From the human T2T-CHM13v2.0 reference genome, Homo sapiens: a stretch of 64,000 nt of DNA. The notes beneath the pieces are model-generated. The model saw only the letters and a program-made list of their open reading frames with translations. It did no database searches and was not told where the DNA came from. Below are positions 11,226 through 25,380 of the stretch, one piece after another. How positions within the stretch are numbered: position 1 is the stretch's first letter; every line of letters starts with the position of its first letter. Both the position numbers and the translations under genes were made by a program. The DNA lies in the NCBI RefSeq assembly GCF_009914755.1, contig NC_060931.1; one strand, given 5' to 3'.

Positions 11226-13311
11226 ATCATAATTGAAATTATGTGTAGAACACTGGATAGATGCTGAAGGCACTAAGAGTTATAAGTCTTTGTCCTAGAG
11301 AGTCTTCAGTATGGTTGTTGAGGCAAGGCATATCTGTGGAAAAAAAAAAAAAAAAGAGACAAGAATCACTTTCTAAGTGCCACTAATCCTAAAATGGTAT
11401 CTTCCAGCAATCATAGGGTCAGCAAACCTATCGAAGACTCTCTATCTTAGAAGAGGAGTATAAAATGAAGTACAGCTCTACTATTTTTGTGAATCTGTTC
11501 ACTGCCCTTACATTTTTGAGAGAGTTAAAATGTAGATTATTCTCCCTTATTGTTTTCTTGATGTGGCATAGGATAGCTTCTGTACAGGAAATGTTCTTAC
11601 CCTAGATATCAAGCCATATATTACTTAACTAATTTGGTAACTTAGAAGCTTGTTATTTTCAAGTTTACAGACCATTTTCTTGAATGACTGGTAGATTATA
11701 CACTTGTAAAGAAATACATTTTTACGTCTGTGCATGTTTAATTTTTTATCAAAATGTTCTGTTGTAGGAATATTGTCTCTTTAATAGAAACGGTCTGTAA
11801 TTGAAGCTAATTTTTCAGGCTAAAGTCATTTCTAGGGACCATCTCTGTAGAGCTAGTAACTTCAATATAGAATGTGAAATTGTCAGTTGTAGCTTGAGTA
11901 AAATATTCAAGTGAACTAATTACACCAATTTGGGGGAAAACAGACACAGTAGATATGCTCGATGGTTTTTGCTTTCACTCTTTATTATCAAAGTTTGGGA
12001 GAAAGGGAGACATTGTAATTGACAGAGGCACCATAACATGGTGGGATTCAAAAGAAGGGTTACCCTCAGCGTTCCCAAACTTTGTATTTGTTATACACTT
12101 TTGCAGAGTAGAATTTTTGCAGATCATTTGAGGGACTTAGAGGATGGATATAATTTTTATCTTAAAGTTTTGGGAAATAGAAAATACATATTACAGTTAC
12201 TGTATATTTCATGATTACCGTTTAAGGCTGTTGACCATTTGTCTACATTTTCCTGCATTCTCAGAGGCATTCAGTTGTCACATTTTCTAGTAAATCATGA
12301 ACTTTTTTGATTACTGGCCAGATGCTGCATCATGTTTCTTATAGCTAACTTGAAGCAAGTTGTATCTTCTCTGAATTAATCTCTTGCATAACCTATAAGT
12401 CTAATATACCTTGTTGTAGCAGTATGTATCTTTATATCCTTACTTGTAGCAAAAATAAATTTTGCATGTGTGATGGCTCCCCTGTGAAGGGTTGGTGGTA
12501 CACTGATGAGTTGTTGCCTATGTTAACATAATCCTATACAGCAAGGAGTAAAGAGAGCAATGGGTGCTGAGACAAAGGGACAGCTGGCCTCTAGTAATAA
12601 AGAAACTGAGGCCTTTGAAGACTATAGCACCCTGGAAGTTGAAAATCAACTTCTGGGTAGAACTTTTGACAATGTAAGGATTTTGACTGAGGTGACAAAG
12701 GAATATTTGATTATGTCTGTATTGCTTTTAAAAAATTAATACACAAATGGTATTAAGTTATTCCTTAGACTTTTTTGTTTCTTAAAGTTATATTTTGGAT
12801 GCTTTTTTAATTATTAAAAGTGTATATATATATATATAGAAAAACTTAAAAGAGTGGGAATAAGAGAAAATAAAATACCACATTTCAATCGCCTAAAAAT
12901 TATTTTTTCACATTTTGGTGTTTTCCTTTCCATTGTTTCTCTATGCATAGCTTTTCTTTTTTTTTTTTTTTTTAAATACCCTGTTGTTATGATATTGTAT
13001 ATGTAATTCTTTTTGGTTGAGCCTATATTATAGCTATTTTTTCATATTATAAAGTCTGCATAAGTCTTTTAAAAATGGGTTTAAAGGTACTACTTTAAGT
13101 AAATATGCCATAGGTCACTTAATTTCATGAATATTGTTTGTTTAGTTACTCTGGAAGCTAGGAGGCAATAGCAGGGTTAGGTTAGTTGGGTGACCTGGAT
13201 GTAGGAGAGGGTGGAACAGGAGTCTGGATTCCAAACTTAAGTTAATAATTAAAGTTCCCCAAATTAACAGAATTTAGAAGCAACCTAAAGATCAAGGTTA
13301 AGGACAAGATT

Positions 13312-15465
13312 TTTTTCTTTTTTTTGATTTTTAATTTTATTTTATTTTACTTTAAGTTCTGGGATACATGTGCTGAACCTGCAGGTTTGTTACATAGATA
13401 TATATATGCCATGTTGGTTTGCTGCACCTATCAACCCATCATCTTGGTTTTAAGCCCCGCATGCATTAGGTATTTGTCCTAATGCTCTCTCTCCCCTTCC
13501 CCCCAACCCCCTAACATGCCCTGGTGTGTGATATTCCCCTCCCTGTGTCCATGTGTTCTCATTGTTTAACTCCCACTTATGAGTGAGAATATGCAGTGTT
13601 TGGTTTTCTGTTCTTGTGTTAGTTTGCTCAGAATGATGGTTTCCAGCTTCATCCATGTCCCTGCAAAGGACGTGAACTCATCCTTTTTTATGGCTGCATA
13701 GTATTCCATAATGTATATGTGCCACATTTTCTTTATTCAGTCTATCATTGATGGGTTCCAAGTCTTTGCTATTGTAAATAGAGCTGCAATAAACATATGT
13801 GTGCATGTGTCTTTACAGTAGAATGATTTATAATCCTTTGTGTATATACCCAGTAATGGAATTGCTGGGTCTAATGGTATTTCTGGCTCTAGATCCTTGA
13901 GGAATCGCCACACTGTCTTCCACAATGGTTGAACTAATTTACACTCCCACCAACAGTGTAAAAGCATTCTTATTTCTCTGCATCCTTGCCAGCATCTGTT
14001 ATTTCCGGACTTTTTAATGATCACCATTCTAACTGGCATGAGATAGTATCTCGTTGTGGTTTTGATTTGCATTTCTCTAATGACCAGTGATGATGAACTT
14101 TTTTTTCATAAGTTTGTTGGCTGCATAAATGTCTTCTTTTGAGAAGTGTGTGTTCATATCCTTTGTCCACTTTTTGATGGGAGTTGTTTTTTTTTCTTAT
14201 AAATTTGCTTAAGTTCCTTGTAGATTCTGGATATTAGCCCTTTGTCAGAGGGATAGATTGCAAAAATTTTCTCCCATTCTGTAGGTTGCCTGTTCATTCT
14301 GATGATAGTTTCTTTTGATGAGAAGAAGCTCTTTCATTTAATTAGATCCCATTTGTCAGTTATGGCTTTTGTTGCCATTGCTTTTGGTCTTTTACTCATG
14401 AAGTCTTTGCCCATGCTTATGCCCTGAATAGTATTGCCTAGGTTTTCTACTAGGGTTTTTATGGTTTTAGGTTTTATGTGTAACTCTTTAATCTATCTTG
14501 AGTTAATTTTTGTATAAGGTGTAAGGAAGGGGTCCAGTTTCTGTTTTCTGCATATGGCTAGACAGTTTTTCCAGCACCATTTATTAAATAGTGAATCCTT
14601 TCCCCATTGCTTGTTTTTGTCAGGTTTGTCGAAGATCAGATGGTTGTAGATGTGTGGTGTTATTTCTGAGGCCTCTGTTCTGTTCCATTGGTCTATATAT
14701 CTGTTTTGGCACCAGTACCATATTGTTTTGGTTACTGTATAGTTTGAAGTCAGGTAAGTCAGGTAGTATGATGCCTTCAGCTTTGTTCTTTTTGCTTAGG
14801 ATTGTCTTGGCTATACAGGCTCGTTTTTGGTTCCATATGAAATTTAAAGTAGTTTTTTAAAATAGTTCTGTGAAGAAAGTCAATGGTAGTTTGATGGGAA
14901 TGGCATTGAATCTACAAACTGCTTTGGGCAGTATAACCATTTTCATGATATTGATTCTTCCTATCCGTGAGCATGGAATTATTTTCCATTTGTTTGTGTC
15001 CTCTCTTATTTCCTTGAGCAGTGGTTTGTAGTTCTCCTTGAAGAGGCCCTTCATGTCTCTTGTAAGTTGTATTCCTAGGTATTTTATGTTCTTTGTAGCA
15101 GTTGTGAATGGGAGTTCACCCATGATTTGGCTCTCTACTTGTCTATTATTGGTGTATAGGAATGCTTTGGAACATATCCCAAAATAATAAGAGCTATTTA
15201 TGACAAACTCACAGCCAATATCATACTGAATGAGCAAAGGCTGGAAGCATTCCCTTTGAAAACTGGCACCAGACAAGAATGCCCTCTCTCACCACTCCTA
15301 TTCAACATAGTGGAAGTTCTGGCCAGAGCAATCAGGCAAGAGAAAGAAATAAAGAGTATTCAAATAGAAAGAGAGGAAGTCAAGTTGTCTCTGTTTGCAG
15401 ATGACATGATTGTATATTTAGAAAACCCCATCGTCTCAGCCCCAAAACTCCTTAAGCTGATAAAC
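13312..15465 (-). mobile_element. L1PA (L1PA8-like), 5'-truncated and 5'-inverted (twin priming)
   Basis: The 3' UTR/ORF2 is antisense at 13312-15167 and an ORF2 RT segment (LFADDMIVY) is sense at 15168-15465. TSD AGGTT(A/C)AGGACAAGATT lies at 13295-13311 and 15466-15482. Confidence 0.92.
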
Positions 15466-16793
15466 AGGTTCAGGACAAGATTAACAAAAACTGTAATGCT
15501 CCATGCTTCAGGGACATTGACAGGGATCTGGGAAAATAACGCTCAACATTGAGAAATCAATATACTTTCAAACAAACCACAAGGCAAAGAAGAAACAACA
15601 AGAGAAATTAGGAAGTATTTTGGATTGAATGGAAATGAAGACATAAGATCTAAATTTTCAGAAAAAAGCTAAAGCAATGCTCACAGGGAAATCTACAGCT
15701 TTAAATACCTATAGTAGAAAAGAAGGAAGGTCTAAAATCAATGATCTAATTTTCCACTTTAAGAAACTAGGAAAAGAAGAGCAAATTAACCCCAAAGGAA
15801 GTAGAAGGATGGATGTAATAAGGAGTGTAAATCAATAAAATGAAAAAGAAAGCACAATATAAAAATGTGAGTGAAGCCCAAGACTGGTTCTTTGACAAGA
15901 TCAATACAATTAATAAATTTTTAGCTAGACTGATAAAGAGAAAAAGAGAAGTTACAAGTTACCAATATTAGAAATGAAAATAGGAACATCACTAAAATAC
16001 TATGAAAATTAAAAGGTTTACAGGATTGTATTATGAACAACTTTATGCTAGTAAATTTAAACCTAACCATTGAATACGTGAAAAGCTAACATGGACAAAT
16101 TCCTTGATAGACACAAATTGCCAAAACTCCCTCAGGAAGAAATAGAAAACTAGAATAGCTCTTTATCAGTTAAACAAATTGAGCTCATAATTCAAAGCAT
16201 TTCACCAAAGAAAACTCAACACAAATAACTTCACAGAGGAATTCTATCAAATATCTAATGTTGATATAATGTCAATCGCACACAAATATCTTTCAGAAAA
16301 TAGAAGAAAAAGTAACTCTTCCCAACTAATTTAATGAGGTTGGGCACAATTATGTTAATGCCTGAACCAGAAAAAGACATTACAAGACAAGAAAACTACA
16401 GATCAAGAACTCTCAGGAGCATAGATTCAAAAATCTTTAACAAAGATATTAGCAAATCAATTCCAGCAATACCTAAAAAGGATAATATGTCACACTCTAA
16501 TGGAGGTTATCACAGGAAATCTAGGTTGGCTCAATACTTGAAAATCTATCAATAAAATTTACCATATTAACAGACTAAAAGGGGAAAACTATATGATCAT
16601 CTCAGTAGATGCAGAAAAAAAAATCTTTCACCAAATTCAACGTCCATTCATGATTTCAGTTCTCAGTATGCTAGGAATAGGAAGGAACTTCTTCAATCAG
16701 ATTAAGGACATTTATGAAAAACATCATTTCTCATGGTGAAAGAATGAATACTTTGCCTCTAAAATTGGGAATAAGACTACTTTCACCACTTCC

Positions 16794-17093
<300 letters not shown>

Positions 17094-17805
17094 TACTCTC
17101 ACCACTTCTATTTTACTTTACACTGGAGGTTCTAGCCAGTGAAATAAGAAAGAGATATAGAAGGTATAAATATTGGAAAAGAAGAAATAATGTAGTCTTT
17201 AATTAGAGACGACATAATTGTCTGTGTAGAAAATCTGATGGCATCTCCAAAAAAGGCTATTAGAATAATAAGTGAGTTTTTTATTAAGGTTACAGGATCC
17301 AAGGTCAGCACATAAAAATCAATGGTATTTCTATATACTATCAACAATAGGAAATTCAAATTAAGCAAACAATACTAATAATAGCATCCAAAAATGTGCA
17401 ATACTTAGAATAAACTTAACAAAATACTTGTAGAACCTGTATGCTGAAAACTACACATCGAGTAGATAATTTTTTTAAAAGACCTAAATAATGTCATGTA
17501 TTTAAAGACTCAGTATTCTTAAGATGTCCGTTGTCTTCAAATTGATTTTAATTATATTAAAATTGCAAGATATATTTTTGCAGAAATTGATAATCTGAGT
17601 CTAAAATTTACATGGAAAAGGAAAGGATTAACAACAGCCAAAATAATTTTGAAAGAAAAGATAAAAGTTGGAGGACTTACCTGATTTCAAGACTTACTGT
17701 AAATTTATAGTAATCAAGAGTGTGGTATTAGCATTAGGATAGAAACATGCAGATCAGCAGAAGAGAATAAAGAGTCTAGATTCACACATTTTGGTCAGTT
17801 GCCTC

Positions 17806-17941
17806 TTTTTCTTGTTTGTTAAGAGAAAGGGTCTTGCATTGCTGAGGCTGGCCTTGAACTCCTGGGCTCAGGCAATCCTCCCACTTCAGCTTCTGCCTCC
17901 CAAGTAGCTGGGACTATAGGTGCTGTCTACCACACCCAGCT
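17806..17941 (-). mobile_element. FLAM / Alu monomer
   Basis: Single arm with GAACTCCTGGGCTCAGGCAATCCTCC; flanks GTCA(G/A)TTG(C/T)CT resemble a TSD. Confidence 0.75.
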
Positions 17942-19479
17942 TAGTCAATTGTCTTTTGATAAAAATGCCCATATAACCCTATCAGGAAAGGCAGTCTTTT
18001 CAGAAAATGGTGCTGAACACTTGAATGTCATTTGGGGAAAAAATGAACCTTAGCGATTATCTCTTACCATACACCAAAATTAACTTTAAAGGAATGATAG
18101 ACTTAAATGTGAACATAAAAACTCTAAAACTTCTGGTGGACAACATTAAAAAAAGTCTTTGTTTTTGTGACCTTGGGATAGGCAAATATTTCTTAGAACA
18201 CAAAAAGCATGAACCATTAAAAAATTGATAAAATAAACTTTATTACATTAAAAACATCTGTCCTTCAAAAGACAGTGTTACAAAAATGAAAGGGCATACA
18301 CACCATAGACTAGCAGAAAATATTCACAGTACACCTAGTTGACAAACAACTCATACTCAAAATATACAAAGAACATTTACAACTCAGTATTAAGATAAAC
18401 AACCCAAAATATTTTTTAAAGGGGCAAAACATTTTAAAAGACATTTCACAAAGAGGATAGATAAATTATACATCAATTAGAAAGGATTCTAATTGAACCC
18501 AAAAGGCTCACAATGCTACATGTTGGCAAGAAATTGGAGCTTCTGGGAATGTACAATACTGCAGCCACTTTAAAAAATGGAGTGGCAGTTTCTTATAATG
18601 TTACACATACACTTACCATACAAACCATGAACTCCTCACCTTACCAATGAAGAAAGAAAACTCAGAAATGTCCTTTCCTATGGTCACATAACTATAATTT
18701 GATTGACTGTTTTATTCTGTCTTAAAACCTGATGTGTCAAACTGAAAGGAAGTTAGCCCGCTATGGAGAGAATGCTGCCTGGGCAGCTGGCTTGGAAGAC
18801 AGCTGGCCTCACAGGAGGCACACTATTCCCTGCACATGCCTAGTGAGCTTTTCTCCTTAATTTCTCCATCCTCTATTGCACCATGCTGCCTCCCCACATC
18901 TTTGTGGTATTGTAAATTCAAAATACATCCCCAAAGATTTGTAAGTCATTTCTAAACCATGTGCCTAGCAGTATGCCAGATACTGGGAACACAGGATAGA
19001 ACACAATTGTGTTCTATTACTGCCCTCATAGGAGAGGACAGACATGTCATAACAGGTAAGATTAGTTCCTCATTAGGGATGTAAATGTGACCACAGTATT
19101 ATGAAAAATCAGTGATCTGTTTTGCACTGCCACTGAGATGAGAGAAGACGGCAGGGAGTGAGTGATCTCTTTTTAAATGTAATTAAAGTTTGTCACATTT
19201 TCCCCCAGAATTCTTCCTATGGTAGTACTTGGAATTGCAAAATGGATATCTATCCAGTAGGAGGTAGCCATTGGACTTTTATAGACCATCAGTCTTTTCT
19301 ACAGTCTGGCTTTTAGGAGGCATACAAGTATTTCATAATTGATTTTTGATGGTAATAGCTTTGGAAACACTGAGGGTGAAAGCTCACTTATACTGCCAAG
19401 TTCCATCTTATGGGTAGTCTATCTTCTGAATTCTTGTTCGCCCTCAGGCCACTCTTTTAAAAATGATCTCACTGTCTCT

Positions 19480-19576
19480 TTTTCTATCTCTGTCATCTCT
19501 ACCTCTATCTCTGTCTCCATCTCTATCTCTATCTCTATCTCTATCTCTATCTCTCTATCTCTATTATCTCTATCTT
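19480..19576. repeat. (TCTATC)n microsatellite
   Basis: Seen directly. Confidence 0.9.
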
Positions 19577-20150
19577 TCCTGAGGTTTTAGGACTAGAGGA
19601 AAGCTGATATAATGGAACTAGGATATCTATTGTGGAAGAAGCATTTACATATTTAAAAGATGTTAAACGACAACTACTACATGTTAAATATTTTGTTTCC
19701 TGGTCCTTTCCAAATAACTTTACTTGTGAGGTTTCAGTAGCCTGGTTATGACAAACAGATACGAAGCTACATTTAAGATATAAAGAGTATGGAGGAAAAG
19801 ATAGTGTAGATAGGAAAGTTTCACTGCTTCTTTTAAAAAGTTTTTATACTTTTTGAAACATGCTTCACAGCAAAGTATTCACTGCTTTTTAAAAACACAT
19901 TTTCCCAAGTATTAAATTATGAAAAATTTTAATTGTATTATAAAGTTGAATTTTGTAGTAAACACCAATATACCCAGCTCTAAATTCTATGATTGACATG
20001 TTACCGTACTTGCTTTATCATATTTGCTTTATCTATCCACTCTCTAATCCATTTTGTTTTTGATGGATTTAAGAATAAATTGTTTAAAAATACTTTTGAT
20101 ATAATTTCATAGGAGGGACTAGAGAACTTGTACTGTAGTCTACTATGCTA

Positions 20151-20505
20151 AGTATCTTTATTCCTTTAGATCCATGTTCTACTCCTCCACTCTTTGTTCT
20201 GTGCTGTGGTAGTTGATTACATCAATGGGTTTCTCTAACCTCTGGTGCCTGGTTGGATTTAATAGAGAATACTGGTAAGAAATAAGAGGGAGGAAGGTAA
20301 GCAAAGTTGGGTTACTTAACTACCAGTTTTCCTCTCTGCATGGTTGCTGGTGACTGCCTATATCCCTCACACAGAAGGCCTTGACTCTTGATGGTTGATT
20401 GGTTTTCTTGCTCACACCTTTATAAAATGTCCTTTATTAAACTCTCCTCTAATTATCCTAATTATAGTATATCATCTGTTTCCTGCTGGGACCCTGACTA
20501 ATACA
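20151..20505 (+). mobile_element. LTR33-like ERVL solo LTR
   Basis: 3' end ATTAAACTCTCCTC...CATCTGTTTCCTGCTGGGACCCTGACTAATACA; the 5' part resembles the recalled LTR33. Confidence 0.65.
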
Positions 20506-20549
20506 ATTATGTTGAGGCTAAATTGCCTTCAGAGGATTAAGAGTTTGCT

Positions 20550-21310
20550 TTAGGCTGGATCATCAAGAATGGCTTTACAGAGTAGATGGTAATTTGGATG
20601 GATCTCAAAAGATAGAAAGGGGTAGAGTAGTTAGAGAGGAGTGGCAAGTGTTCATAGAGGGTGGGATGACGAACCGTATTATGATGTGAAGGGGTGGGCA
20701 CCAGGTGTGTTTTGGATAAGTTAAAAACTAATTTGATTAAAGTAGGAGGTTTGTGAAGGAAGATCATGAGTTGGAATCAGATCATGCACAGCCTCGAATA
20801 CCAGGCTAGAGAGTCTGTTTTTTATCCTGCAGTCTTTGAAGTCCCACTTTAAAAGAGAAACAACATGGTCAAAGAAAGTGTTTTCTGATCCTTAACCTGG
20901 TATTGGATAGATTGTAGAGGCATGGAAAGGGCTCAAGAGACAACAGTTTAGGCTTGAAGTAATTAGGACATAGATTATAATGGTGTCATGGAAATGAAAG
21001 GGACACATCCCAAAGGATGGAATGAGGGGGCATGGTGCCTGGTTGAGTAAGGAAGTTGAGGGAGAGACAGGAGTCAAAGAAGATTTGCTTTGGAAGACAG
21101 TGATACCATGGAGAGAAACAGTAGGAGGAGGAGGTAGTGATTTTGAGGAGGTCATAGCCTTACCTTTAGGCAGGCTAAACATGTAATGGCATAAGGTCTG
21201 AATGGAAATAGTTGGCAGGCAGAGAGAAAGGCTGAACTTGAGTGTGGATAGATAAGTGAAAGCTGAAGGCCTTGTCCTAGGAGTCGTCTGCTTAGAAAAG
21301 GAAGGTGGAG
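20550..21310 (-). mobile_element. L2 LINE remnant
   Basis: Purine-rich antisense L2-like text (CAGATCATGCACAGCCTCGAATACCAGGCTAGAGAG, GAGACAGGAGTCAAAGAAGA). Confidence 0.55.
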
Positions 21311-21339
21311 AGAGAAACATGATTTGTTCTATAAAGTAG

Positions 21340-21475
21340 ATTTTATTGACTCCACTTTATAGATGAAGATTAGGGACTCAGAGATTAAGTAAACTTGCTC
21401 AGGTGCAAAGTGGCAGAGCTGGAACATAAACTGAGGTCAAAATGCTCCAACACCCAAGATCTTTCTAAACTATTG
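21340..21475 (-). mobile_element. MIR fragment
   Basis: CCACTTTATAGATGAAGA...ACTCAGAGATTAAGTAAACTTGCTCA...AAGTGGCAGAGCTGG. Confidence 0.7.
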
Positions 21476-21654
21476 TCTCAGAGGTAGAATTAAAGCTATG
21501 AGAGCAGGGAAAAAACCTCCCAGAGAAAATGTATAGCAAGAGGATCAGTGGACTAAGAAACTAACCCTAGGAGGGTTAGTCAGGACTCCTTTGGTTGCCA
21601 GTGACAGAAATCAAATTGAAGTGATATGAACAATTAATTGGACCTTATTGGCTT

Positions 21655-22658
21655 TTTTTAAAAAAAAACACCTTTTTAATTATACTTTAAGTTCCAGGAT
21701 ACATGTACTGAACGTGCAGGTTTGTTACAAAGGTGTACACGTGCCATGGTGGTTTGCTGCACCCATCAACCCATCATCTTCATTAGGTATTTCTCCTAAT
21801 GCTATCCCTCCCCTAGTCCCCCACTCCCCGACAGGCCCCAGTGTGTGATGTTCCCCTCCCTGTGTCCATGTGTTCTCATTGTTTAACTCCCACTTATAAG
21901 TGAGAACATGTGGTGTTTGGTTTTCTGTTCTTGTGTTAGTTTGCTCAGAATGATGGTTTCTAGCCTCATCCGTGTCCCTGCAAAGGACATGAACTCATCC
22001 TTTTTTATGGCTGCATAGTATTCCATGGTGTATATGTGCCACATTTTTTTATCCAGTTTATCATTGATGGGCAGTTGGATTGGTTCCAATTCTTTGCTGT
22101 TGTGAACAATGCCACAGTAAACATACGTGTGCATGTGTCTTTATAGTAGAATGATTTATAACCCTTTGGGTATATACCCAGTAATGAGATTGCAGGGTCA
22201 AATGGTATTTCTGGTTCTAGATCCTTGAGGAATTGCCACACTGTCTTCCACAATGGTTGAACTAGTTTACACTCCCACCAACAGTGTAAAAGTGTTCCTA
22301 TTTCTCCACATCCTCTCCACCATCTGTTGTTTCCTGACTTTTTAATGATTGCCATTCTAACTGGCATGAGATAGTATCTCATTGTGGTTTTGATTTTCAT
22401 TTCTCTAATGACCAGTGGTAAGCTTTTTTTTTCATGTTTGTTGGCTGCATAAATGTCTTCTTTTGAGAAGTGTCTATTTATATCCTTCTCCCACTTTTTA
22501 ATGGGGTTGTTTGTTTTTTTCTTGTAAATTTGTTTAAGTTCTTTGTAGATTCTGGATATTAGCCCTTTGTCAGAGGGATAGATTGCAAAAATTTTCTCCC
22601 ATTTTGTAGGTTGCCTGTTCACTCTGATGATAGCTTCTTTTGCTGTGCAAAAGCTCTT
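21655..22658 (-). mobile_element. L1PA (L1PA7-like), 5'-truncated, ~1 kb
   Basis: ORF2 C-terminus in ORF 22005-22622 ([13 protein letters not shown]) plus 3' UTR; TSD CTTATTGGCTT at 21644-21654 and 22659-22669. Confidence 0.93.
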
Positions 22659-22949
22659 CTTATTGGCTTCTTAAACAACCAGAGGGAGTACAAGAGGTCA
22701 CGGATGGGTTAAGGAGGAGGATGATGGGAAAGACTACTGGGTTCAGTTATTAGGATGATGGTTTTTAATCTGTGGAGAATTTGATGGACTCTTTCCCCAG
22801 AAAAAAGGTTATATACCAAACATTTAAAATTTTGGATTCATTTAGGGTTTTATAATCTCCAGCTTAATTCTGGTAATTGTGGGGTTGTGTACAATTTCTG
22901 TAGCACCGAAGGAACAGAAATGAGATTTAATGGAATTAAAGGGGGAGAG

Positions 22950-23368
22950 TATGATGGTCAACTTAGGCCATGGTCTCCAGGTAATTGATCAAACTTTATT
23001 TTAGATGTTTCTTTGAAAGTATCCTTTAGATAAGTTTAACACTTAAATTAGAAGACTTTAAGTAATGCAGATTACCATCCATAATGTGAGTAGGCCTCAT
23101 CTGATCAGTTGAAGACCAACCTTATTAAAAAAAAAAAAAAGACGAGAAGAGGGGATTTTGCCCATTGAATTGCCTTCAGACTTTAACTGCAGTCTGTCTC
23201 TAGCCTGCCAGCCTATCCTTCAGTTTTGGACTTTGTAGCCTTCACAATCATGTGAGCTAATTCCTTAAAATCAATCTTTCTCTCTGTAGATCTAGATAGA
23301 TGTATATCTGTATCTATTTCTATATTTATATTTTTGGGTTATTTCTCTGAAGAATCATGATTAATACA
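22950..23368 (+). mobile_element. MLT2 (ERVL) solo LTR
   Basis: GCAGATTACCATCCATAATGTGAGTAGGCCTCATCTGATCAGTTGAAG; ends TCTCTGAAGAATCATGATTAATACA. Confidence 0.75.
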
Positions 23369-23758
23369 GGAAGTATATGGAGAAAAGTGAGGGATATCAT
23401 TTGTGGGTTGCTCTTTTGAAAAGTTTAAGAGGGAAATGAAAGAAAACAGCCCTAACTCAAAAGGGGAAATGATATTTTCAGGAATGTGCTACATAAAAGG
23501 TAAATATAAACACTACAAGAAGTGATAAGGAGCTGATTAAGGTTGGCATATGCTGGTACTGTACTGATATGAAATGGAAGTGCAGAGTCTGTTGAATAAG
23601 AGAGGCTGAGAAATATCAAGAGTAAAGGACCTCACCAACAGAGGTGGGTATGTGATCACTAAAGCGGTCTGTAAAAGATGGAGTGGTGAGCAAAACCATT
23701 ATCTGGGAAGTTTGAAAGTAGCTAGGAAGTGTGTGTGGGGGTAGTTATGGTGACAGGA

Positions 23759-24230
23759 TGTATTACTCGGGCCCAGATTTGGCTGCCATAACATAGACCC
23801 AAAATAACAGTGACTTAAATTGGACAGAGGTTTATTCTCTTTCATATAGCAATCTGAACATAAATAAATAAAGATGCAAGGAAGTTTCAAGGTGTCAGGG
23901 ACTGAAACTCCTCTCTTGCTGCCCAGCCATCTGCATCTTGTGCCCTCATCTGCATGGTCAAAGATGGCTCACCATCTTTGTGTCTACATTTGTTAAAGAA
24001 GAAAAAAAAGGGAAAGATATATTTTTTCCTTGTAAGACAATGTTTCAGACGTTGTACACATAATCTCCAGTCATGTGGCCATAGGAGGACAGGTGAGTGG
24101 TCATGTGCAAGAGAGACTGAGATTGTGTTTTTTACCTGGGTAACTGTGTGGCCAGATGAAACTGAGTATTCTATTAATAAGGGAAGTAGGAGACAATGAG
24201 TCCTGGAGGATAACTAATAGTATTTTCCAC
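23759..24230 (-). mobile_element. Old MLT1 (MaLR) LTR
   Basis: GGCTGCCATAACA..CCCAAAATAACAGTGACTTAA...GGTTTATTCTCT terminus. Confidence 0.55.
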
Positions 24231-24639
24231 ATGGTGATAAGCAGTAGCAACAGTCATTTGAGGAGAAGCATATATAAGAATGGTTTCTGTCTCAAGAAAT
24301 GAGATATATGTGTCAATTACATGGTTCAAAAATGGTGTTAGGAATGAGCATAAGACCAGCTTCTCTCACCCTCTTACATTAAGTTAGATGACATGGAGCC
24401 TCTATAGATAATGGTAATAGAGAATGATAATATCTTCATGGATAGTCAGGAAAGTAGTAAGAAAGGTAGGATGAGTAGTCACTAATGATTTCCATGGGAT
24501 GTACATTCTACCTTCCCCTCAAAAAACTTTCTACAGGGTATTTAGAAACTTGTGGTTGCAATGAAAATAATTAACAATGAAAAAATCGTGAAAATTAAAG
24601 AAAATTAAGTCAATCATGTAAACTTTAAAGCCTAAGTTA

Positions 24640-25380
24640 TGACACATCTACCAAAATGGCTACAATAAAAAAGATAGACAAGTGTTGGCAAAGACGTGGA
24701 GAAATGAGAACCCTCACACATTTCTGGAGGGAATGTAAAATGGTGCAGTTGTCTTGGAAAACAATCTGACAGTTCCCAAAAAGGTGAAATGTACCATGTG
24801 ACCCAGCTCATGGTATACACCCAAGATAAATAAAAGCACACACACACACACACACACGCACACACACACACACACAGGCACACACATACACACGCACACA
24901 AACTTGTCTGTGAATGCTCATTCATATCAGAATTATTCATAATAGCTAAAAAGTAGACCAATCTACATGTCCATCAACTGACAAATGAATAAATAAAATG
25001 TGGTCTATCCATATAATGGAATATAATTTGGTCATAAAAATAAATCAAGTACTGATACATGCTACAACATGGAATAACCTTGAAAACATGCTAAGTGAAA
25101 GAAGCCAGTTACAAAGACCACAGATAGTATAATTTCATTCATATGAAATATCCAGAATAGGTAAATTCATAGAAATGGAAAGTATATTAGTGGTTGCCAG
25201 GGAACTGGGGGACAGGGGTAAATGAAGAATTATTGCTAATCCATATGGGGTTTCTTTTTGGAGTGAGGAGAATGTACTAAAATTGATTTGTATCTGTGGT
25301 TATACAGCTCTATGCTAAAAACCATTAGATGGTACACTGTATGGTGTATAAATTATATGTCAATAAAGCTTTTAAAAATA
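24640..25380 (+). mobile_element. L1MB 3' end with internal (CA)n at 24837-24900
   Basis: GTACTGATACATGCTACAACATGG...AACCTTGAAAACATGCTAAGTGAAAGAAGCCAG, TTAGTGGTTGCCAGGG and terminal CAATAAAGCT. Confidence 0.85.

Noticed and set aside
22005-22622. 205-aa ORF, the longest in the track
   Set aside because: It is the C-terminal fragment of L1 ORF2p in a 5'-truncated copy, not a gene.
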